Shown here piece after piece: positions 13,146 to 49,600 of a DNA stretch of 64,000 nt. The stretch comes from Balanoglossus misakiensis (taxonomy: Eukaryota; Animalia; Hemichordata), in the NCBI GenBank assembly GCA_040954595.2, contig CM082581.2, positions 3,712,699 through 3,776,698 of the forward strand. The letters are read 5' to 3'. The notes beneath the pieces are model-generated. The model was not told the origin of the DNA. It made no database searches and worked only from the letters and a program-made list of their open reading frames with translations. A program made the position numbers and the translations under genes. Every line of letters starts with the position of its first letter. The first letter of the stretch is position 1.

Positions 13146-13744
13146 TCACCTCTGGCACTGCCAGAAAGAAAACAACAACGACTGTGTCTGAATCAGACAT
13201 TTAATCCTCTGCTCATCTTCATCCATTCTCTCCTGTCTGTTGTACGTGCATCCCAGTGACCTCAACAGGTCATCCCAGCACATGGGACTCATTTGACCTT
13301 TCTCTGACCCTGAGAATGGAACAATGCAATATTCACATCATGACATTTCCATAGGTGAGTGTATACATTTTTATCCGATTCAATGCACAATTCGTCGCCA
13401 TATCATGATCTTTGATTTCAAAAGCCAAATGCGCTTTGAGTGACGTTCGCGATTAGGCTTCGACATCACCGCGCAGACGACGAGAGAGTCAAAGCACGTG
13501 TTGAAAAACAGCTGGGCATCTGATCAAAATAATAACAAAGTGTCGGCGAGCCGGGTTGATGAACTTTAGTGTGTGAATTTCAAGTCACTAAATTAATATG
13601 TATATTCATGGTTAGTTCTGTGTATTTCATACATTCCCCTGCAAGTGAGCAGTAAAATGTTTACTCACGACTTGAACTTGATGGAGGGGTTGCGGTTCCT
13701 CCAATAATTGACCGGCTGCTTCTTTGTTGTCCGTAGGAAGACAT
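13146..13744 (-). CDS. Candidate unannotated 79-aa two-exon gene, family not recognised
   Basis: ATG at 13744; exon 13744-13669 with GTGAGT donor (phase 1); acceptor ttccattctcag; exon 13309-13146 open to TGA; minus-strand AATAAA at 12832-12837. Confidence 0.5.
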
Positions 13745-14769
13745 AGTGAGGATCGGGGATCACTGTACGTGGTCACTGTAGTCTTGATATAAACAACACA
13801 AATTATAATGCAATGGAAATGGTGTCCCAGCGATGCTTTGACAAACAGAATGTATCCACTGTACTCCGGGTGATGTAATTCAAGTATAAATCTCCGATCG
13901 GATCAACCTTTCGCGATGGGAATACCAAAATTGATGCACTGAACTGATCAACACGCGTTGAAAGCGACAAAGCGTTAACCTCAGCGTTAACCCTTCCTGT
14001 TCCCAGGATGCAATGTGATTCGGACCTCCCAAGTCTTCTTAAATAACTTTCCAAAATTGTGTATTTTCAGCGTCACTCCCACAAAAATTCACTAGATAAG
14101 AAAATCTAACATTTTGTTTCGAAATTCTTAATACATGTAATAAGCATTTTCTAGAATTACTGCGCAAACTATACAACAAACTTCTCAATAAGAAGTTAAA
14201 CTATTTTATGGTAGGCTAGGGGGAACTATTTGACCTCAAATGGCGGCATACGATAAAACTTTCGAAAAATAATATCAGAAGAAGAAACGCAATATTTAAG
14301 TTTCGGTGAAGATTTTTGGATATATTACTTAACTCGAAATATTGCTGGATACGCTATCATAGGATTTTGATCAAGGTTGGTTGGTTTATTTATTCGTGAA
14401 CCGCACTGGGCTGAAATGAGTGGAGATACGTAGCGACGCTATGTTATTATGGACTGTCATATAGTCGAAACAAGTAGGCAATATCGGCCGTCACATTAGG
14501 GACATTTGCAAAGAATATACACGATTCTACGCGGTAAATATTGGTTTTTCAATTGTCGAGTAAAAATTCAATGCCTTGGAAATGTCACGGCTTCGAAATT
14601 TCCTTTTAAAATTGACCTGAGATACGTACATGATTCATTCTGAAATGGCGTAGATTGAGGACACGGAAAAACATGAGTTCATCTCCGGTCAACCACGCGT
14701 ACGTTCAACGCAATTGATTGTCTGACACCTCTGCGTTACACATCTGTTCCATGAGTGCTGAGCGTAATT

Positions 14770-14950
14770 GACCAATCACAAGCGCTGTGGTTAGTTAGTA
14801 CTTGACCAATCAGATTTATCGGGTCTGAATAATTAGCCAAACAATGGTGCGTAAAAGTGACCAATCACAAGCGCTGTGGTCGATCTGTTTCAGGTGCGTG
14901 AAAGAAATTGACCAATCGGAGCTATCTGGGTCTAAAGTAAATAGCCAAAC
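14770..14950 (+). promoter_or_regulatory. Four GACCAATC (NF-Y) boxes in a tandem duplication upstream of the TOPBP1 ATG exon
   Basis: CCAAT at 14772, 14806, 14861 and 14912. Confidence 0.55.
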
Positions 14951-15301
14951 AGTGATGATCGATCGATTGTCATGTATATAACTGTTCGTAGGCAATGTAC
15001 ACTTTCTATTATATTAGCTGAGAAGCGTAAACTCTCATCATAGCAATTGTCTTGAAAATAATTGTGTGGATGGTGTCACTAAATCTTAAGTTTAACCCTT
15101 TCACCACAGTGGTTTGGCCCAAACCCATTGTTTTCTGTGGTAAAGTTGGACTTCAAATGAGGGAATCTGGGGTGTATTGAAATGGTTAACAACGATATCT
15201 CCCAAACTTTTCATGTTGATGTCAAGTGTATTACTGATTTTATAATTAATTGATATTGAAAAGTAATGATGGTGTTTTGTCCTTGTTTCAGAAATGCAGA
15301 A

Positions 15302-39955
<24,654 letters not shown>

Positions 39956-40502
39956 GTGAAGTTTCTTGTACTCTGAGGTTTGATTTCAGCTTTCAGCGTG
40001 AGGAAAATGAGAGATTTTCTGCAGGAGGGAAATATTGCAAGGCTACTGAGATACTCTTTGCCATTTGTAAACACAGAGGATTAAACTTTGAGTCGCTTTG
40101 TGTCCTCACACACAAAGTCCAAGTGGCTTGGCCCCATAGACAACATGTTGCTGAGAGGTGTTAATCCTTTACAGCAGCTCAGGTCTTGCGAGCAATAACC
40201 ATCTCAACTCTGAAACATTCACTAATGCGCAGAGTACTACCTCCATGGTCACACAGACCTGTATGCAGATCTACCCACGGGCGTCATGGAACAATAAAGT
40301 GTATAGATATTAATAAACTTAGCATAAACGCGACGTCCTCAATGAACAAAGAATACAATATTTCATGGGTTTGTTTGGTGTGGACGAGAAATGCACTAAA
40401 GCTAGCCACACCGTACGCGTACCTCTTACTCTAGGCACCGTACGTTATGTGCGATCTCGTCTTGAGCAGTAAAGGCGATGTCTACGCATGCGTGCGCGCC
40501 CG

Positions 40503-41935
40503 CAACTATGATCAGAGTTGCAATATACCGGTATAGGTTTCCCTCACCAGTTCTCATCATTATATTATATCAGTGCAACTGTGCCAAAATACATTAGTCA
40601 ACAGCTCTTCTGTTGACAAGGTCGCATTGAGACAGTACTAGCTGGTACAGTGTCAATGATTTTGATAATTTCAATATCATAATGATTTGACAAGCTGCAA
40701 TCGTTCCCACCACGAGAATTTGTGTAAAATTGGTCTGGAAGAAATCAAAATGGGACTAGAACTGGGTTTAGTGCATTGTTCTGGATTGCACAGGTGTTTG
40801 TGATTGTTCAACATCTGTCTTGGAAATCTAAGACTTGGTTATGGTGGTTTCCCACATGAAATGAATGCAGTCCTGGCATCTGTGTACTAAGGTGGATGAG
40901 TGGAGCGACGACCACAGCCTACACATATATAAATACATTGTACGTGAATCTAGACACTTCTGGATGACACAGTCAGTTTACACCAGAGTTTATGGGTCAC
41001 TCATGCCGTGGTTGATGAAAATATGCTGATATTCAGTGTACATGCTTGACAAAGGAGAAATCTTCACGCATGCTTATAAAGTGTGCTGTGTAACTGGAAT
41101 ATAATGAAACCAATAAAATGAATCCATACTAAGCTTTGAGTAATCAGCAACTGCTTATCCCTAAAGGTTGACTTTGTGATTTTTTCAGGTTTTGTCAATG
41201 AAGCTGTGTACAGAAATTTATGCGTCAGAACCAGTGCATATATTCGCCAGGGAGTTTGAAAGGACAGTGCACTTCAGTAACATTTGCTTTTGAGAGACTT
41301 TACAGTTTTAAGTATTCTTGTGTACATTTCAACAGGAATGGAAGTAAAGACAACATAACTGTCCATTTCATTCAGAAGATTTGTGTGTTCTGGTCTACTT
41401 AAATTGATTCTATGTTGATTTATCAGTTTAGTTAGAGGGATTTTGTTTTGATATACCGGTAGTAGCTTTCAAGTGCTGCTGATTTCCACTGGTGCTATAA
41501 TGTTATATTTATATACAATGTAGAAATAAATATTACATTTAGACAGATTGGCTGGGCTAAAGAAATGACAGACATATATTAAAAATTTTATAGGATAATT
41601 TTATTAAAAGAAAACAAAATATCATTGAATGAGAAACAATTGCCACAGACGTTTTCAATATTTTTTCTCCAATAAATTATAAAAGTACACAACATTTTTT
41701 CAGACAGAGCTTCCAACAGTTCCACTGAACTACATGGCAACAAGAAGATTCTAATACAGCTTTAAAAAAAGTATAAACTGCTTTTTTGATGTGATGTCTT
41801 TTTACAGCATAGTGGCCCGTATTGCATTAAAATGATAACAAGACACCCTCCAATGGTAAAGTAATCAACTTAGACTACCGGTATTAGAGGATGCTGTGAT
41901 AAAAAATAGAAACAACCATCACCAATTGCACTGCC
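40503..41935. repeat. Chimeric local duplication: inverted copy of 7882-8126 joined to a direct copy of 11411-13162 (lacking about 12083-12652)
   Basis: Direct sequence comparison; includes the last SMIM8 codons (KKSKWD*) and its 3' UTR. Confidence 0.92.
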
Positions 41936-42012
41936 CTGGTTACTAATCAACATGGGTGGTTGTTTACTGGTTATTTCAGTGTGGGGAGAAAAAGTGATAC
42001 ATGTGATATTAA

Positions 42013-42182
42013 AGGTATATGGTCACCTATGCAAATTTAGATATAGTTATCATGGTAAATCACCGATTTCCAGTGGGTGGCACACGTGAAAAAAAGAGCG
42101 CCACCATATGTTCTTTAGAACACTCAAATATGCCATTTCAGCCATATTTTGGCGTATGTAAATCGGGGGTGACCGTGTACCT
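42013..42182. mobile_element. Kolobok-like MITE, family 2; copies at 47136-47293, 53466-53647, 58514-58698
   Basis: TTAA-AGGTATA..GTCACC...GGTGAC....TACCT-TTAA; most copies carry ATGCAAAT and/or AGCCAATCAC. Confidence 0.8.
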
Positions 42183-45100
42183 TTAAGGTGAATAAAAATT
42201 CAATGGTAGGAGTAGAAGATCACTGATGAATTCTGCTGCTTCTACAGCTTTTGTTCTATGGGCAGAATTCACGACTCCTCTGAGAATAGACTGAATGGGT
42301 TCAGAAGACACTCCATGTAATATATCTACTCTGCACAAAAGGGTTTGAAGACTGATTTCTGCAGTGTTTTTAGGAACCACAAGGTGAGAACGAAAAGTGA
42401 TGACTGTATTTATAAACAAAAATAGCACCAAGACTTTTGTGTATGTTGAGAAATATGACAATGATATTGTCATACATCCATTAGCAACAATGATTGTTCC
42501 TATTTTCTCTAAAAAAAATCTTTACAGATAAAAACAATTTTTAGATTTACAAATTAGAAGAAAATGAACCAAGATGAATACATTACAGTCAGAAATAAAA
42601 ATGTTAATAATGGTTTCATTTATCGATCACTAGTTCCATTCTAAAGTTTCTACATGTTCATTTGATGAATATTAAAACATTGAGGCTTTTCATTTTGAAT
42701 ACATGATTTCAAACTGTGGTGAATGTAAGACAATGATACTCTTTCTGTTAGTTGATACAAATTTGTTTACTTTGATTTTAGTTAAGTAGGACAGGTGCAT
42801 ATTTTCAATCAATTTCTACTGCAAAATTGCTAAAATACTGCAAATGATCAAAATAACCCGTAACATTTGAGATAGAGGGCGCTAGTCAAGAAGTTGGAAT
42901 CACTCCAGTTTTTATAAAATATCATAAAACCCATTGATGTGATTCCTCAGGTGATATTTTTTGTCTTTGAAATATTTTCTCAATATCACAATAAGTATGA
43001 ATCTGATGGGATTTTGGAGACGTTTAAATTACAAAGCTCACTTTGAATTCACATTTTTCAAAGATCAAATGTTTGGCACTACTATTCTCATAATTAAGGC
43101 ATACATATGTGTTCAAATGTTTTTGCACAAGAAAGCCAATCACAAGGAAGACATGCAGAAACTTAGAATTTGCACACAAGGGTCCCAATGCAGCTCACAC
43201 AAACTGCACCTCAAATCACAGTGTAAACAATATTTAGAACTTGTGAATAGTTTTGGCAGTGTAAAATGAACATGAAAACTAACTAACTAACAATCTGTAC
43301 GTCATTGGTAAGATTTGTTCCCATCATATGGTGGTTTTTTTAACTTTGTCAACTGTTAAAGACAACGCTTTATTTTTGATCAAAAATTTACCAGCCTTTA
43401 GAACATGTCACAATATTTTTATGAGAAGTTTGCCCTTGAAATCCAACACAAATGTGGGCTGATGCCACACTCGACTGTTCTCACTCACTTTAACCCTTTC
43501 ACCCCAATTTCCCTCTATAGAAGCCCAACTTCACCATAGAAAACAATGGAGTTGGACCAAACCATGGTGGTGAAAGGGTTAAAACACAGACTGACAAGTG
43601 TAGTTGTTTAAATGAGAATAAGATTTAAAAGAGCTAGTATATGTTAATGTTACACAATCTTGTGTGATAAATTAATTAAGCACAAAATGTTCAGCAATTC
43701 TGACAACAAATACTAATCACGGGAATCATAACACTGAGATTGACAGAATTTACAAAGAAAATGTTTCTTTGACAATAGACACTGTCTATGCTTTGACAAG
43801 TGTAGACAGTAGACAGCAATATACGGGTAAGCAATTAATATTGTTTTTTTTTATTACGTTGAGCATCCATTTCATTTTCATTACAGGACACAATTTCACT
43901 CCATTCTATAAAAATCTTTAGTTGAAAATATTACACCAAACAAAATGTCATTTTCATACACAAAATTGTTGAAACTTTCATTCGTGACAAGTCAATGTCA
44001 GTGACACAAACCCTCATATCACATCCCTAGCCCCAAACAAATAATGGTATCGCCCAGGGACATGGTCGTGTCCACTAAAGTCATGATATCTGAAATCAGT
44101 CAATTATTCTAGCAAAGTGTGAACCTAATACTATATTGGAACCTGTCACAAAACGAAAAATGGTTTCATTATAAAACAATCATTATAAACAGTCATCATT
44201 TGACAGAATATCCTCATGTCAATTTCAAATGCATTCTTTAGGCAAATAAAGTATAAACAAAACGGTTGCCAGGCAACTATCTTAGAGCATTGCGACTTAA
44301 ATGGATTGTTTCACCTCTAGAGGTGAAACTTGTAACAAAATAGCCACTGCGCCACCCATATTCGATATGTACAAACATGCATCACGGTATGTCATCTTTG
44401 CATCAAGTTTGAATGAAATTGGTTCAGTAATAGCTGTATAATAGCTCTGCACATGAAATGGTCTGAATTGGATTGCGGCACAATTGATGTGCATATGTAC
44501 ATCACAGAAAATTTCACATGTATCAAGTTTGAATAAAAGCATGCAGTCCAGGCACATCTAAGTACTAATGGCTGGGATGAATGAATGAAGGGAGTGTTGT
44601 GGCCACATATGAATCCATTAGTTGCCGATGGATGCATGTACCGGTAAGTTCTCTTACTGTCATGATTTTAAGAAAAAAGTCACAGTGTTCAAAAATCACT
44701 CAGGATCCATTTCCATGGATAGGCCCCCGGAATAGCACACTTTAAAATTGTACATTTCTGAAAATTTCACAAAATCCAACACAAGAGCACGGTTCTTAAA
44801 TTGCCTTTAAAAATGGCAGTCAATACATAAATAGTTAAAAGAAGATGCAAAAATATAGACAAAACTTTATAATACAAAATACAGAGATGTGAAATGTCAC
44901 CTGTATTGACCATCACTGTTATTCAAACAGAAAGACAGCCTCTTTACCATCTGGGAATTGGTTAGAAAAAAATGTACACAATCTTACTTAGTATTTACAA
45001 CTTCCTCTATCAAGCAATTCTGTTTCCATGGATACTGTTTCCATGGATACTTCTAGAGAGAGAAGAGTGTTGTGTAGAGTATAAACTGCACCAGTGTAAC

Positions 45101-45527
45101 GACAACAACAAAGACAAAAAATTTCGATGTTCCTGAGCCATTTCTCTTCATTAATTTCATTGGATTTAAGAATCTGAAAAGAAAAATCAAGAGTTTATCA
45201 ATGCAATGGAATATATACTTGAAGTACCGGTAAACCCAACACTGTCAAGCATTAATTTTTTTTTTAAATCTTCAGGTGCCTGTTAAAGGTTAATTAAAGG
45301 TGAACAAAACCAAAGCTTTGGTGCAGAATTATGTGTACAATAACACTTGTTTTATTGTATATTGCAGTTTAAATGGAGCTGGGATCGAGAATGTGAGAGT
45401 TGGTCCTGGGATGAGGCTACCTCGTGGTATATTGCCCAGACTGACAGCGGACATTTTGTGTCGCTCGATGAAATTGCTATTAATTTCTGCCTTTTGCCTG
45501 GCAAAGCCACAATAGTCATTCAATACA

Positions 45528-45720
45528 ATGTCAGAAGGTTACAGCTTCGTTGAATGGTGTGAAGCGGCAAGTCTTTCAAAAGACACTATCGTTTCACTAA
45601 CCGATTCCCAGGTCACATCCTCCGAAGTACTGAAGTGCCTCAGCGACCAAGACATTGTCGACCTACAACTACACAGCTGTCAACGCGGACTGCCCCGCCA
45701 GTTACGAAACAAGCTATGGT
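45528..45720 (+). pseudogene. Isolated SAM-like domain ORF, possibly a retroelement ORF1 remnant
   Basis: FVEWCEAASLSKDTIVSLTDSQVTSSEVLKCLSDQDIVDLQLHSCQRG fits the SAM helical pattern; nothing recognisable follows. Confidence 0.35.
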
Positions 45721-46434
45721 CTCAAAGCTTTTGGTGCAGAATTATGGAATTGTTTCAAAAATGTATTATAGTGGTTTCATGTACAAAAGAAATTTAAATG
45801 AATCATATTACTTACTTTTTGATTACTATAACCACAATAATGGATATAAACAATATTTTCACAAATTTTTCCAAAAGTGAACTGCCATGTTTTGCCCTGT
45901 AAAATATGAATACAGCAACATAAATTAATTCATGACAAAAATTCTCTTATAAAGTTTAGAGCACCAGCATCTTGGTATACTGTACATACACGTAGTTCAA
46001 ATGTAAAAGTCTGGTTTGATCAAAAACCATTTGATGGAGAACACTAATCCAACATTTTCTGGAGAGAAATCACATATTAAGCATGCAGTGTTGCTAAACT
46101 TGAGCAGATATGCCCTTGGGTTTCATACATAAAAGATCTCTGTCATTTAATTTGCATTGTGGTATGTTGATGTTTCTTGACCTGCTTTGCAAGAACCAAA
46201 ATTCCCCCTCATTCATAGCTCCACCATATCTCACTATGTGTACCAAGAATACTCCACAATCACCACAGAACCCTGGGAGTTTGAGTATAAAGTAATTACC
46301 GACCAATAGAAGGGATAAAAACACTTGCAAGTATCCTTTCTGCTTGTCGGTAATATTTTTATACATACCCACAGTTTCACCCCATTTTGTGGTTGTTTTT
46401 AATTTTTGTTGGTGTTCATGGTTGTCCAATCTTA

Positions 46435-46618
46435 GGGACCGTTCAGTTTTTATGGCTGGGGGGGCAAGTTTGTGTCATCAGTATTCAAAATCAGGCAGAC
46501 CCCCCCCCCCCCCACTTCACCCAGGACCAAAAAATGATGACCCCCCCCCCCCCTTTGGATTTCAAAATTTAATTGACCCCCCCCCCCCCCCCCCCCGCCG
46601 TAAAAAGTGAACAGTCCC
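46435..46618. mobile_element. PIF/Harbinger-like MITE
   Basis: TTA-GGGACCGTTCA...TGAACAGTCCC-TTA (3-bp TSD) with poly-C/G tracts. Confidence 0.75.
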
Positions 46619-46683
46619 TTAGTATTGATCTGCAAACAGCTGCAATGAGCTGCAATGATGCTAGACATTTCAAATGTAGAAAC

Positions 46684-49600
46684 TTACAATTGTTGTTCTC
46701 TGCTGAGAAGAGTGTCATCCTTTTGTATACTATGTCCTTCAGGCAAGTTGACTATCCTCTCATCATGACCTTCCCCATGTCCCATAGCTCTTCTCACCCA
46801 GATTTCCTGTTGATCAGGAACTGCATCTGCCCCATCGTGTGCTAGCTGTTCCCTCTCTTTGTCAATGTTTCTTTTGTTCAGTTGAATCCCCTCCTCTTGT
46901 TTCTGTTGATCTAAGTAGTCCATGTTGTTTTGGGCAAATTCAAAAGGGTTCATGGGCATCTCTGGAACTTTATAGAAGTTGCCATTCTCTGGTAGTTCTG
47001 TGATGTCTTCAACCTGCCACAACCACTCAGGTACATCTGAGGATAAAACAGTTGGTTCCATACAAAAAATTATAGATTTGGTCTTTGCAAATACTGGTAA
47101 CTTCCATTTTATATTCAACACTTTAATACTATTAAAGGTATACTGTTACCTATGCAAATATAGCTACAAGTTAGATCCAGCCAATCACAGATTTTCAGTG
47201 GATGGCACACGCCACCAAATGTTCCATAGAATACTCAACTACGCCATTTCAGTCATATATGGGCGTATTTAAATTGGAGGTGACTGTATACCTTTAATGG
47301 GCACTGTTTGAAACTCATTTATCTCTCTCATTATCACAATTTAAAATATAAAACTGGTACACATGAATGAGGTCAGTCTTAATGGCAGTACATGTCAACA
47401 AACAGTCAATATCAGACACTAACTTTAAAAACTAGAGGTATACATCTTGTATGATAAACATGTATAGTATTGTAAATTGAACTGTGCAGGGATGTGGTCT
47501 CACCTTTGACCTCTTTAATAGACGGTGCATTCACGATGTACACACTGGCCATGTACGGGTAAGCACTGGGTTTATGCAACTCCACCAACCTCACCTTCCA
47601 AAGACCCTCTCCAATGTTACCACAGTTGACAAAAGAATTGCTGTATGTTGTTACATCTGGCATTGGCTGCAAAAAAGTACAATCCAAAATCAATTTTGAC
47701 ATTAATACATGTACTTTTCTATTCTTGTCTCTGTGTAATTCAGGAAAGAGCTTATTCATGTCTGTACTGGTACAAACTTTTCCAAATTCCTGAACTTTAG
47801 AGTCATCATTGCACATACCCGGTATTTGAAGTAGAAAGTTTTTCAACAGATTTTTAATCATACAGTAAATGCATCCCTTTTATAGCATTCAAATATGTTG
47901 ACATTATTTGCCATTGGCTAATTGATAATTTTCTATGTTGACTGTCAATACCATGCTAGTTGTCAGAGTCATAAAGGGTCCCTGTGACAGCTACAGTTTT
48001 AGGGGATTGTCACAAAACTACAACTCTTTATACACAAATCACAGATAGCCTTCTGAGGCCATTTGGCAATTAACCCAACACCAGATTCAATATGAGTGAT
48101 AACTGACAATAGGAAAATAAACAGCAATTAAAGGGACAAAGTCTTTCTCTCGCTGCCCTTTTTCCATTAATTATGTTTGATACAACACTGATCAGCTGTA
48201 GACACGAGAGTGAAAAACTCGCCAAAATGAATAATTGGTCTCTACCGTTTATTCATTTTGGCGAGATTTTTACTCTAATATCCTACAAGCGGGATGGAAG
48301 TAGTGTGTGGTCGAACATTGATTCACTATATATCCACAAGTAGTATAACATAAATGGTGTCTTGCATCAAACATAATGGAAAAAGGGCAGCGAGAGAGAG
48401 ACCTTGTCCCTTTAATAATTCAATTCATGAAATTAATTGTTTTTATTTCCAACTCCACGCAGAAATATGAACAAAATATTACCTTTCCCTTCCTTGCCAT
48501 CTCTTGTTCAACAGAAATCACAGTGTGACTGAATTTCATAATTCTGCTACATCGCACTCTGCCACTGGGTTCTATTAGAGTAGCATTAAATTCCAGGGTC
48601 TCTGTCTGTGGTTGAGTCCCAGGCTCATTGGTATGGATGGAGAACTTGGCATAGTTGAAGTTTTGCATATTGTGTGAAGTGAATTCTGAAAAAAAAGGTG
48701 TTTGGTGGTCATTTGGTTATGAAACTTTTCACCACCAATGTCGTATTGTTCAGACATGATCAAACCCAAAGGTTATAAAGCTCCATTAGCTGTAACTTTT
48801 CGCTATGATTTCAGAATTTTTTTTGTTTTGTGTATCTACTGCAGATGCTTGTTCAAATTCCCGAATGACAAAACGCACAGCATTTAGCTTATCAATATGT
48901 GTATAGTCAGCATTGTTATTTTGCCAAATTTGAATTCAAGTCCGCACCAGAATTCATTTGTCAAAAATATCAATGGTTGATACACACAGACTGAATGAGT
49001 TGACAAAGAGAGTACTGTTTTTTTAGCATGATGGTCAGAGTACAGCAAAAAATTGCATTTGATCATACACAGAATAAAAATACTGGATATAAAGTTAGTT
49101 GAAAGTTACAGCTAATGTCCCATCCACTGGGACTAATGCTACAAAAACATGTCTATAGTGTCAGACAGATCTCAAGAGACAGATATATCCCAATCCGACC
49201 ATCTTCAATTTCCCAACACATAATACTTTTTTGAGTAAATAACATTTCTATACTTACTTTTTAAAGTTAAATGGTCATCACATTGATGAGTTTCAAGGTC
49301 TTCTTCTGGGTTTTTTGGCACTTTGAAGAGGGCATTCAGAAAAATTGAATTGCCACCATTAGTTTCAAACGGCACAATAGACAATGTCGACTTGTCTGGA
49401 GGAGAGCTGTGAGGGAAAGTATAAATACGAGATAAAGTGGTCATTTTATTCAAATTTTAGTGGTGTGCATATTTCTAACAGACTGTCTGTGTCACATGTT
49501 GACATGTATCCATTGGTATCTACTCAGAATTGCCCAGACTGAATTCATCTGACATTTGGCATCTGACTATAGCAAATGAAGATTCATCATTATCCATTTG

